A stretch of 64,000 nt of DNA, taken from positions 1,178,001-1,242,000 of the forward strand of contig CATNEN010000038.1 of assembly GCA_950097015.1 (NCBI GenBank), in the 5' to 3' direction. Each line of letters opens with the position of its first letter. Within the stretch, counting starts at the first letter, position 1. The notes beneath the pieces are model-generated. The model made no database searches and was not told the DNA's origin. It worked only from the letters and a program-made list of their open reading frames with translations. Shown here in pieces: positions 45,716-57,100 of this stretch. Source of the stretch: Macrostomum hystrix. Lineage: Eukaryota; Animalia; Platyhelminthes. A program made the translations under genes and the position numbers.

Positions 45716-47633
45716 AACACCACCCCGACCAACACCCTCAGTTAACACCCCATTCTAAACACCACCCCGACCAACACCCTCAGTTAACACCCCATTCTAA
45801 ACACCACCCCGACCAACACCCTCAGATAACACCCCATTCTAAACACCACCCCGACCAACACCCTCAGTTAACACCCCATTCTAAACACCACCCCGACCAA
45901 CACCCTCAGTTAACACCCCATTCTAAACACCACCCCGACCAACACCCTCAGATAACACCCCATTCTAAACACCACCCCGACCAACACCCTCAGTTAACAC
46001 CCCATTCTAAACACCACCCCGACCAACACCCTCAGATAACACCCCATTCTAAACACCACCCCGACCAACACCCTCAGTTAACACCCCATTCTAAACACCA
46101 CCCCGACCAACACCCTCAGTTAACACCCCATTCTAAACACCACCCCGACCAACACCCTCAGATAACACCCCATTCTAAACACCACCCCGACCAACACCCT
46201 CAGTTAACACCCCATTCTAAACACCACCCCGACCAACACCCTCAGTTAACACCCCATTCTAAACACCACCCCGACCAACACCCTCAGATAACACCCCATT
46301 CTAAACACCACCCCGACCAACACCCTCAGTTAACACCCCATTCTAAACACCACCCCGACCAACACCCTCAGTTAACACCCCATTCTAAACACCACCCCGA
46401 CCAACACCCTCAGTTAACGCCCCATTCTAAACACCACCCCGACCAACACCCTCAGATAACACCCCATTCTAAACACCACCCCGACCAACACCCTCAGTTA
46501 ACACCCCATTCTAAACACCACCCCGACCAACACCCTCAGTTAACACCCCATTCTAAACACCACCCCGACCAACACCCTCAGATAACACCCCATTCTAAAC
46601 ACCACCCCGACCAACACCCTCAGATAACACCCCATTCTAAACACCACCCCGACCAACACCCTCAGATAACACCCCATTCTAAACACCACCCCGACCAACA
46701 CCCTCAGATAACACCCCATTCTAAACACCACCCCGACCAACACCCTCAGATAACACCCCATTCTAAACACCACCCCGACCAACACCCTCAGATAACACCC
46801 CATTCTAAACACCACCCCGACCAACACCCTCAGTTAACACCCCATTCTAAACACCACCCCGACCAACACCCTCAGATAACACCCCATTCTAAACACCACC
46901 CCGACCAACACCCTCAGATAACACCCCATTCTAAACACCACCCCGACCAACACCCTCAGATAACACCCCATTCTAAACACCACCCCGACCAACACCCTCA
47001 GATAACACCCCATTCTAAACACCACCCCGACCAACACCCTCAGATAACACCCCATTCTAAACACCACCCCGACCAACACCCTCAGATAACACCCCATTCT
47101 AAACACCACCCCGACCAACACCCTCAGATAACACCCCATTCTAAACACCACCCCGACCAACACCCTCAGATAACACCCCATTCTAAGCACCACCCCGACC
47201 AACACCCTCAGATAACACCCCATTCTAAGCACCACCCCGACCAACACCCTCAGATAACACCCCATTCTAAACACCACCCCGACCAACACCCTCAGATAAC
47301 ACCCCATTCTAAACACCACCCCGACCAACACCCTCAGATAACACCCCATTCTAAACACCACCCCGACCAACACCCTCAGATAACACCCCATTCTAAACAC
47401 CACCCCGACCAACACCCTCAGATAACACCCCATTCTAAACACCACCCCGACCAACACCCTCAGATAACACCCCATTCTAAGCACCACCCCGACCAACACC
47501 CTCAGATAACACCCCATTCTAAGCACCACCCCGACCAACACCCTCAGATAACACCCCATTCTAAGCACCACCCCGACCAACACCCTCAGATAACACCCCA
47601 TTCTAAGCACCACCCCGACCAACACCCTCAGAT
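45716..47633. repeat. 42-bp minisatellite, ~45 copies
   Basis: AACACCACCCCGACCAACACCCTCAG(A/T)TAACACCCCATTCTA; explains the 14-aa repeat ORFs. Confidence 0.98.
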
Positions 47634-48057
47634 AAGATCCCAGATTTGGAGCGATATTTGTTGTTTCCGTTTTTTCCATTTTCAAAGCGAAGTATTCTGC
47701 TTCCGCTAAGCGCATGAGTTAGCAGGTTATACAACTCTTCCTTTTGTTTTGATCTTGCTCTATTCGTTTTATTATTTATTATCGAGTCACTCTTGACTGC
47801 TGTGGTGCACTATTGGCTTGTTGAGAAGTGTTAGTTTTTTTCACTAACTTTTGAGATCTCAATCGTGACGTAGTTTTCTGCTATGCGTTCTCCACGCAGC
47901 TTATTATTACTCAATTGCTCATTTATAAAACAAGTGATATTTTGTTTTGTGCAGTTTAAATTATATTGAAAAATAACTTTGCTGCTCTTACTTGAGCCAG
48001 TTGGCTGAATAATCTTTTTCGAATGGCATTGTTCTTCAGAACTCTTCTCAGGACTGG

Positions 48058-48760
48058 CGTCTATCCTTCATTCTCCCCTGCGTCTATCTTTGATTCTCCC
48101 CCGTGTCTATCCTTTATTCTCCCCCATGTCTATCTTTGATTCTCCCCCGTGTCTATCCTTCATTCTCCCCCGCGTCTATCCTTCATTCTCCCCTGCGTCT
48201 ATCTTTGATTCTCCCCCGTGTCTATCCTTCATTCTCCCCCGCGTCTATCCTTCATTCTCCCCCGCGTCTATCCTTCATTCTCCCCCGTGTCTATCCTTTA
48301 TTCTCCCCCATGTCTATCCTTTATTCTCCCCCATGTCTATCCTTTATTCTCCCCCATGTCTATCCTTTATTCTGCCCCGTGTCTATCCTTTATTCTCCCC
48401 TGTGTCTATCCTTTATTCTCCCCTGTGTCTATCCTTCATTCTCCCCCGTGTCTATCCTTTATTCTCCCCCATGTCTATCCTTTATTCTCCCCTGTGTCTA
48501 TCCTTTATTCTCCCCTGTGTCTATCCTTCATTCTCCCCTGCGTCTATCCTTTATTCTCCCCTGTGTCTATCCTTCATTCTCCCCTGCGTCTATCCTTTAT
48601 TCTCCCCTGTGTCTATCCTTCATTCTCCCCTGCGTCTATCCTTCATTCTCCCCCGTGTCTATCCTTTATTCTCCCCTGTGTTTAACTTTCATTCTCCCAA
48701 ATGTCTACCCAACATTCTCCCAAATGTCTACCTAACATTCTCCCAAATGTCTACTCAGTA
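48058..48760. repeat. 23-bp minisatellite (TCTATCCTTCATTCTCCCCCGTG) upstream of ALDH3
   Basis: Visible periodicity. Confidence 0.95.
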
Positions 48761-48893
48761 TTCTCAGAAGTGTCTTGAGTAGCTGCGGCACTTTCCCGAA
48801 TTCTCCCTCACACAATCTATCTTTCTCCCGTCTCCCTATCGGGCCAAGCCGAATCGTTGAACCCCTTCAATCGGTCCGCAGCCAGTAGTCGCC

Positions 48894-50730
48894 ATGGCAA
48901 CAGCTCAGTCCGGCACCAACGCCCCGACCATCGTGGCCTCCCTCCGCGCCGCCTTCGCCAGCGGTCGGACTCGTTCGCTGGATTGGCGCCGCTCCCAGCT
49001 GGAGGCTCTGCACAACATGCTCAGCGAGCAGGAGGCCCGCTTTACCGAGGTCCTGTGGCGAGATCTGCGCAAGAACAAGCAGGAGGCTGCAGCTACTGAG
49101 CTGCTCATGGTGAAGAGCGAAGTTGCTAAGCTCTCCAAGGAGCTGCCCAGACTGTCTGCTCCGGCTAAGCCGCCGAAGACCTTCATCAGCATGATGGACG
49201 GCCTGGCCGTGCAGCCGCAGCCGCTCGGAGTTGCGCTGATTATTGGCGCCTGGAACTACCCCATTCAGCTGGCCCTGCTGCCATTGGCTGGAGCCATCGC
49301 TGCTGGCAACTGCGCCCTGCTGAAACCGTCCGAGATCTCCGAGGCTTCAGCAGCCCTGCTGGCTGAACTGCTGCCCAAATATCTGGATCAGGACTGCATC
49401 AAAGTAGTCTGCGGCGGCGCCTCCGAGACACAGCAGATCCTTGAGCAGCGATTTGACACCATCTTCTACACTGGCAGCTCCAGGGTAGCTCGCTTTGTGA
49501 TGGCCGCCGCCAGTAAGCACCTCACACCCGTCACACTCGAGCTCGGCGGCAAATCACCGGTGTACGTGTCTCATGGCATCGACCTGGACCTGGTGAGTTT
49601 TTAGCTACCTCATCTCACCTGTGCTGACCTCATCTCACCTGTGCTGACCTCATCTCACCTGTCCAGACTCTAATCTCACCTGTCCAGACTCTAATCTCAC
49701 CTGTCCAGACTCCAATCTCACCAGTCCAGACTCCAATCTCACCAGTCCGGATCCCAATCTCACCTGTCCAGACTCCAATCTCACCAGTCCGGATCCCAAT
49801 CTCACCTGTCCAGACTCCAATCTCACCAGTCCGGATCCCAATCTCACCAGTCCAGACTCCAATCTCACCTGTCCAGACTCCAATCTCACCAGTCCGGATC
49901 CCAATCTCACCTGTCCAGACCCCTTTCTCACCTGTCCCAACTCGGCCTGTCGCCAGGTGTCCAGCCGCCTGGCCTGGGGCAAGTTCATGAACGCCGGCCA
50001 GATTTGCATCGCGCCGGACTACGCCCTGTGCCCGCCTGACCTCGTCCAGCCGCTGGCCGACGCTGTTGCCGCTCGAATTCGAGAATTTTTCGGCCCCAAT
50101 CCCCGCGACAGTCCCGACTTTGGCCGCATTGTTTCGGACAGAATGTTCGACCGGCTGTCCGGCATCTTGTCCGACACCAAGGCCAAGAAGGTTGTCGGCG
50201 GCGATCTCGACCGCGCCGAGCGTTTCATCCCCCCGATGGTCTTCGTCGATGTGAAGCCGGACGACGCCCTGATGCGCGAGGAGCTGTTCGGCCCGCTGCT
50301 GCCGATCCTATCTGTGCCCGGCGGAGTCGAGGAGGCCATCGAGTTGATCAACGCCGGCGAGAAGCCGCTGGCGCTGTACGTGTTCACGCACGACGCCGCC
50401 GTTCGACGCCGCTTCGAGGAGTCGACCAGCTCCGGGGCGCTGGTCTTTAACGACGTCGTTATCCACGCCGGCATCGACACGCTGCCATTTGGCGGAGTTG
50501 GCGAGTCGGGCATGGGCTGCTACCACGGCGCCTACAGCTTCAACGCCTTCTCCCACAGGCGCGCCGTGCTGTACAAGAACGCCAGCGCAATGTCTCGGAC
50601 TATCGACGCCAGATTCCGCTATCCGCCGTACAACGACTCCAAGCTGGGCTGGGTCAACTGGGCCCTCGCCAGCAGCATCGGCGGCGGCGGCGGCGGCGGC
50701 AAAGGTTGGGGCTCCTGCCAGCTGCTGTGA
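48894..50730 (+). CDS. ALDH3: Aldehyde dehydrogenase class 3 (ALDH3B-like, C-terminal CaaX), 2 exons, ~490 aa
   Basis: Exons 48894-49592 and 49957-50730 (phase 0). Motifs PLGVALIIGAWNYP, LKPSE, FYTGS, TLELGGKSP, NAGQICIAPDY (catalytic Cys), EELFGPLLP, LPFGGVGESGMG; ends CQLL*. Confidence 0.95.
49608..49935. repeat. 21-bp minisatellite (AATCTCACCTGTCCAGACTCC) filling the ALDH3 intron
   Basis: Visible periodicity. Confidence 0.95.
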
Positions 50731-51379
50731 CTGTGCAGCCCGTGTCAACCGACTAGTGTAACTCCAATTCTCTGATTTTTTTCTAAACATATCGGATAGC
50801 AATCCGATATTTCATCCCTTGGCTTGACCTTTGAAATGATTGGCTATGAGAGGCTGCAGTGTCGTTTGTGTTTTGTCACGTGACTAGTTACTCTAATTCC
50901 GTATTATTGATGTCCCTAGCAATGTGTTGTGCAATTAGTACTCATGACTTTTTGATTATAACAAATATCATGTCTTCATTAGCAATGTCTTATTATGGTT
51001 ATAATCGTGACTGTTTTTTAGTCTGATTATGTTTACGATTGTTTTAATTATTAATATCCATTATTATTGTTTGTACTCGCTATTGTGATAATAAACTAGA
51101 ATTATTTAGATGTGTGTTTTCAGTTTGATTAGCAGAAATTGAAATCTCGAGACGATGCGAATTCCGCTCTGTTAGTTATCATCGGTTGAGTAGTCTTAAC
51201 GGGCCGATATTCAGTCTAATGTGGGTCCATGTTAGCTGCCTTTATAGCTCTTTAATATTTCATTCAGTGCCTTCAGACAAGACGATAATGTGCTGGTGGC
51301 CTTGAAACTTTCAAATCTGGTTTCATGCTGAATTAATGAGGCCTGCTTTGAGAGAACTGGCTTTAAGATTTTTTCTGCG

Positions 51380-52360
51380 TAATATTGAGTATAGTCCACT
51401 AGCAACTTTTGAAACTTTTCGATACATATCGGATGCTGTCAAATTGCCAGTTTTTAATAATTATTTCGATACATATCGGATGTTTTCTACTAGCCACTTA
51501 TGAGACTTGAAATTAAGAAAATTGAAAATTGATACTTGATTCATGCCCCGAAGACAGAAATATCAGGGGCATATGACTAGATTTAGTACAGTGTGATGAC
51601 AGCTACAGCTATAAAAGTGTGACAGACACAGCTTAAAAAATCCGAGCTTGAGCGTTGCCTGAAAGTTGATCTTCAAGACTTCAAGATTGAGTATCTGCAG
51701 CAATTGCTGACAGACGGAAGTCCAGGCAGATGGACAGTTGGACTTATCTGACTTATCTAAAGCTTAGATTCAAGTTTTAAACTAGGCTTATGGGAGAGCT
51801 GTTTGATCTCAGCTCCGACAGGAGCCGGATTATGAGCTTTGATGAGAAGCAACACAGGAAAGCAATACTGGGACCAGCGGAACACGAAATCGTTAAGTGG
51901 CCTCGCGACGAGCCAAGCCAACCCGCTGCTGGCTGCCTTTCACAATTATTTCGATACAAATCGGGTATTATTAAGTAGCCACCTTTAAAAATAGTTTCGA
52001 TACATATAGGGTGTTGTCCAGTAGCGTCTTTTGAGAATTCTTTCAATACATATCGGATGTGTTACATATGACGCTTTAAAAATTTTTTTCGCTTAATATC
52101 GGGTTTAGTTCACTAGACACTAGAGATTTTTACTAGCTCGTATGCCAATAGGATTTAGTCTAATCGTTACTTTTGAGACTTATTTCGATACACATCGGTT
52201 GTAGTCCACTAGCTACCGTTGACTAGTATTTCGATACATATCGGGTCTAGTCTATCAGCTCTCTCTGGCTACCATAGAAAATTATTTTGCTGTACTAGTA
52301 TATATCGTGTAGTACAAAATATCTACAATTGAGACTTTTCGACACATATCGGGTACAGAA
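51380..52360. repeat. Highly diverged ~46-bp array with conserved core TTTCGATACATATCGG, interrupted by a ~430-bp unrelated segment
   Basis: Cores near 51418, 51464, 51949, 51995, 52041, 52087, 52184, 52229, 52337. Confidence 0.7.
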
Positions 52361-53059
52361 GCAGCTACTTTGCATCACCCGTGGCCGCCAAAATTGCAAT
52401 TCCGAATTCAGTCGCTGAGCAGGCTTAATCTGGAATGCAGAGGTCAAAGCCAAAAAAACGACAGCAAATTTTAAATTATAAATTTTATTCGCTTGCTCAG
52501 AGTTCACGCCGGACGATCTCGGCTTTAAATGACGTGCTCTCGGTTTAAGCTTCACATCCGGAATGATTTGATGCTCTGGCCGCTGAGAACGTTTAATTTA
52601 GTTGTCATGAGCAGTCACTGTTATTTCATACTAGCGCTTACTGCGACCTGAATGAGATCGCGCTCGAGAGATGTGAAAAAAGGCTCTTTAAAATGCTAAT
52701 TATACTACTAAGCTAAAGGTCAAGCACAAGTAAGTAGTAAAGGTAGCGGAATTCGATTAAAATTGTCAAACTATTGCTAAAATAATTTTTTACTTCATGC
52801 AATTTTTGAATCTTTGCATTTTTGTTTCGCTAATGGATTTTCAAGTTATATCGGGTGTGTCGGGTCTGTATCATCAGCCACATGCGTCCAAGTTCGCCTG
52901 CCTAGGCCTTTCAGTCTTCTTCTAGGGTAGAAGGTCAGATAAATATTTGGTCAGCATCTCTATTTGGTCAGAAAAGTCCGGCATAGAGTTATCCCCCCGC
53001 TCTACAATTTTCGATTGCCATCTCTTTTCAGAACTCTTTTAGTCTCTTAGCCCCTTAAT

Positions 53060-53790
53060 TTCCGCTCTCCCCCTCTTCGCCTGTTCCCGCTCTCCCTCTC
53101 CGCTCTCCCCCTCTTCGCCCGTTCCCGCTCCCCCTCTCCGCTCTCCCCCTCTTCGCCCGTTCCCGCTCCCCCTCTCCGCTCTCCCCCTCTCCGCTCTCCC
53201 CCTCTCCGCTCACCCCCTCTCCGCTCGCCCCCTCTCCGCTCATCCCCTCTCCGCTCACCCCCTCTCCGCTCATCCCCTCTCCGCTCTCCCCCTCTCCGCT
53301 CTCTCTCTCCACTCTCTCTCTCCGCTCTCTCTCTCTGCTCTCTCTCTCCGCTCTCCCCCTCTCCGCTCTCCCCCTCTCCACTGTCCCCCTCTCCGCTCTC
53401 TCTCTCCGCTCTCTCTCTCCGCTCTCTCTTTCTGCTCTCTCTCTCCGCTCTCCCCCTCTCCGCTCTCCCCCTCTCCGCTCTCCCCCTCTCCGCTCTCCCC
53501 CTCTCCGCTCTCTCTCTCCGCTCTCTCTCTCCGCTCTCCCCCTCTCCGCTCTCTCTCTCCGCTCTCCCCCTCTCCGCTCTCCCCCTCTCCGCTCTCCCAC
53601 CTTTCCGCTCTCCCCCTCTCCGCTCTCTCTCTCCGCTCTCTCTCTCCCCCTCTCCGCTCTCCCCCTCTCCGCTCTCCCACCTTTCCGCTCTCCCCCTCTC
53701 CGCTCTCTCTCTCCGCTCTCTCTCTCCCCCTCTCCGCTCTCCCCCTCTCCGCTCTCCCCCTCTCCGCTCTCCCACCTTTCCGCTCGCCCA
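53060..53790. repeat. 15-bp CT-rich minisatellite (CTCTCCGCTCTCCCC) upstream of TRPM copy 2
   Basis: Visible; resembles the POP4 intron 1 unit. Confidence 0.95.
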
Positions 53791-54143
53791 TTCCTTCACC
53801 TCGAGGGTGGAGAATTCCTTGAGGGTTCTCCCCCCTTAACTCCTATTCGCTGTACGAAATTCGCTGTCTGCCCATGCGTCCCTTCTCTCACTCTCTCGTG
53901 CTCGCATCCGATTGGCCGGAGACTATAGTTGTCAATTATTCGGGAAGGGTCCTGAGGTAGCGTCGGTTGTGAACGAATTCTCCACATTTATATTCAAAGG
54001 AATTCCCTAAAAAAGTGACACAGTTTGAAAATGAGTTTCTCGCCTTCGCGTAGGCAAGGCGACATTCGCACACAATTTGAATTTTTTGCTTAACAACAAA
54101 CTTCAGCTTAAACAAACAAAATTTCCTACGCTCTCAGGTTGTC

Positions 54144-57100
54144 ATGGCAACAACCCAGTCCTGCGGCTGTACCGATGGCGCCAAACCTCGGAGGGCCGTC
54201 GGAGCAGAAGTCGGAGACGTCGATGGCGGTGGCGTCGATGCGTCGGTGACCTCCAGCCAGGAGGAGGTGTGGGTTGAGCGGAATATTCGCAAGCGAAAGT
54301 GCGTTCGATTCGCGCCTTCCGGTCCTGGAAGCTCAGCCCAGCAACAGCAGCAGCAGCTCTGCCAATGCGGTCGGGCATTCGCGCAGCACCATTGGCTGGA
54401 TCCGGGCACAGCGGTTGGCTCCATGGCAGCCGGGGCCTATGGCGGAGTTTGGCGCACCGAGACTCACACAAAGGATTCGCCAACTGATGCTTACGGTGTG
54501 ATTGAGTTCGCCAGCGGCCCGCACCCGACTCGGGCCAGGTGAGTTTCTCGGTCTGGCTTGCTATTGGCTGTGAGCACTTTTTCATTCACCCATCTATCTA
54601 TATGCTGGGCTTATCTACTGATCATCATGGTCATGACTCATTCCGCTATGAGCACTGTGACTCTTTTTGTCATTCATTCTTGACATGACTGATTTTGTTA
54701 TTCTGCTGATATAAAATACCCAGTTTGTCATTCATACTGGCCATGCCTCATTGTGTCATTCTATTTATGACTTATTTTGTGATTGACATCATGACTCATT
54801 TCGTATTCCTGGTAAATTACTCATGTTATCATTTAAGGTCAAGACTAGTTTCCGAATTCTATTTATGACTCATTTTGTCATTTACTCTGCCCGTGACTAA
54901 TTTCTACATTCTGATCATGATTCATTTCGTTATTTATTCTGGTCATGGCTGATTTTCACCTCAGTCACCTCATGACTCATTTTGTCATCTTAGGTCATGA
55001 ATCAATTTCTCATCTGAGGTCATGACCAAGTTTGCCAGCTACTATCTGATTTGAGTATTCCAAATCCCAAATCCCAAATCTCCAATCGCATTGTCCGGCA
55101 GGTACATTCGCGTGGCCGAGGACACAGACCCCGGTCTTCTGCTGCACGTGCTGACCAATGTGTGGCGGCTTCCCCTGCCGAAGCTGGTGCTCAGCGTTCA
55201 CGGCGGCATGCAGAACTTCGAGCTGCAGCCAAGGCTGCGCCAGCTCGCTTTGAACGGCCTGCGCAAAGCGGCCAGGACCACCGACGCCTGGCTGATCAGC
55301 ACCGGGCTGGACAATGGCGTTTCCAGACTTGTCGGCGAAGCCATCGGAGAGGAAGCTCGCGCTAGGGAAAGCCGGGTGAGAACTTCTCAAACTTCTAATG
55401 AGCCTTGAGCAATGACAGCTTCTACAGGGCTGCCTGCGTGCTGTTGTCCAGCAATTTACTGCTTGTCATCTTCATAGTTTAGTCATTAGAAACTTCACGC
55501 GTGTTTCAGGTCAGTTTTGGGTCTGTGTCAGTAAAAGTTTTTAGGTGTGTCAGTAGAAATGTTATATCTGTGTCAGTAGAATGTCAGGCCTGTGTCAGTA
55601 GAGTGTCAGGTCTGTGTCAGTAGAATGTCAGATCTGTGTCAGTAGAATGTCAGTTCTGTGTCAGTAGAAAGTCCTGTCTGTGTCAGTAGAATGTCAGGTC
55701 TGTGTCAGTAGAATGTCAGGTCTTTGTCAGTAGAATGTCAGGTCTGTGTCAGTAGAATGTCAGGTCTGTGTCAGTAGAAGTGTAATGTGTGTCAGTAGAA
55801 TGTCAGGTCTGTGTCAGTATAAGTGTCAGCTCTATGTCAGTAGAATGTCAGATCTGTGTCAGTAGAGTGTCAGGTCAGTGTCAGTTGAATGTCAGGTCTG
55901 TGTCAGAAGTTTCAGGTCTGTGTCAGTAGTTTCAGGTCTGTGTCAGTAGAAGTGTAAGGTGTGTGTCAGTAGAAGTTTTAGATCTGTGTCAGTAAAAGTG
56001 TCAGGTCTATGTCCGTAGAATGTCAGGTCTGTGTCAGTAGAATGTCAGTTCTGTGTCAGTAGAGTGTAAGGTGTGTGTCAGTAGAATGTCAGGTCTGTGT
56101 CAGCAAGTGTCAGGGTTGTTTCCATAGCAATAAGCAGGCTCAAATTCCGAGTGGTCCACCCGGCGCCCGATCACTCAGATCTCTGCCATCGGCATCGCGC
56201 CCTGGGGCGTCATCCGTGATCGCGAGCAGCTGGTAGGCCTCGGCCGCACCTGCAAGTACTTCGCCATCAGCTCAGCAGGCAAATCACTGTCTGTGCTCAA
56301 TCGCTATCACAGCTACTTCCTCCTAGTTGACGATGGCAGGTGCGGCGCCTACGGCACGGAGACGCAGCTGCGGCGCAACCTCGAGCGCTACCTGTGCAGC
56401 CTGCGCCTGTGCAAGTCTCACTTCGGCGTTGGTCTCGATCGAATTCCGGTGGTTGCCACCCTGCTGGAGGGCGGCGCCAGCGCGTTTCGGCTGCTGCTGG
56501 ACCTGACGCTGGGCACTCCCGCTGTGCCTGTTGTGGTCTGCGATGGCAGCGGACGGGCTGCTGACATTCTGGCGTTTGTGCACAAGTACAGCGACATGGT
56601 GAGTTGTTGGATGGCCATTGTGCTGGTCATTGTGGATGAGGATGGTCATTGTTGGATGTGGGTGGTCATTGTTGGATGCGTCTGGTCATTGTTTGATGTG
56701 GGTGGTCATTGTTTGATCTGGATGGTCATTGTTTGATCTGGATGGTCATTGTTGGATGTGAATCGTCATTGTTGGATGTGGATGGTCATTGTTGGATGTG
56801 TTTGGTCATTGGTTTGTGTTTGGTCATTATTGGTCATTATTGGTCATTCATTGATCATTGATTATTCATTGATCATTGGTCATTGATCATTATTGGTCAT
56901 TATTGGTCAACTGTTTGGTCATTATTGAATCTGGATGGTCATTTTGAATTAGGATGGTCCTTGTTGGATCTGGATGGTCATTGTTGGATGTGGATGGTTA
57001 TTTGTGAATGAAGATGGTCATTGTTGGATGTGGATGGTTATTGTGAATGAGGATGGTCATTGTTCGATGTGGATGGTCATTGTTCGATGTGGATGGTCAT

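Noticed and set aside
51380-52360. CRISPR array
   Set aside because: Eukaryotic context, no cas genes, short imperfect repeats and mutually similar spacers.
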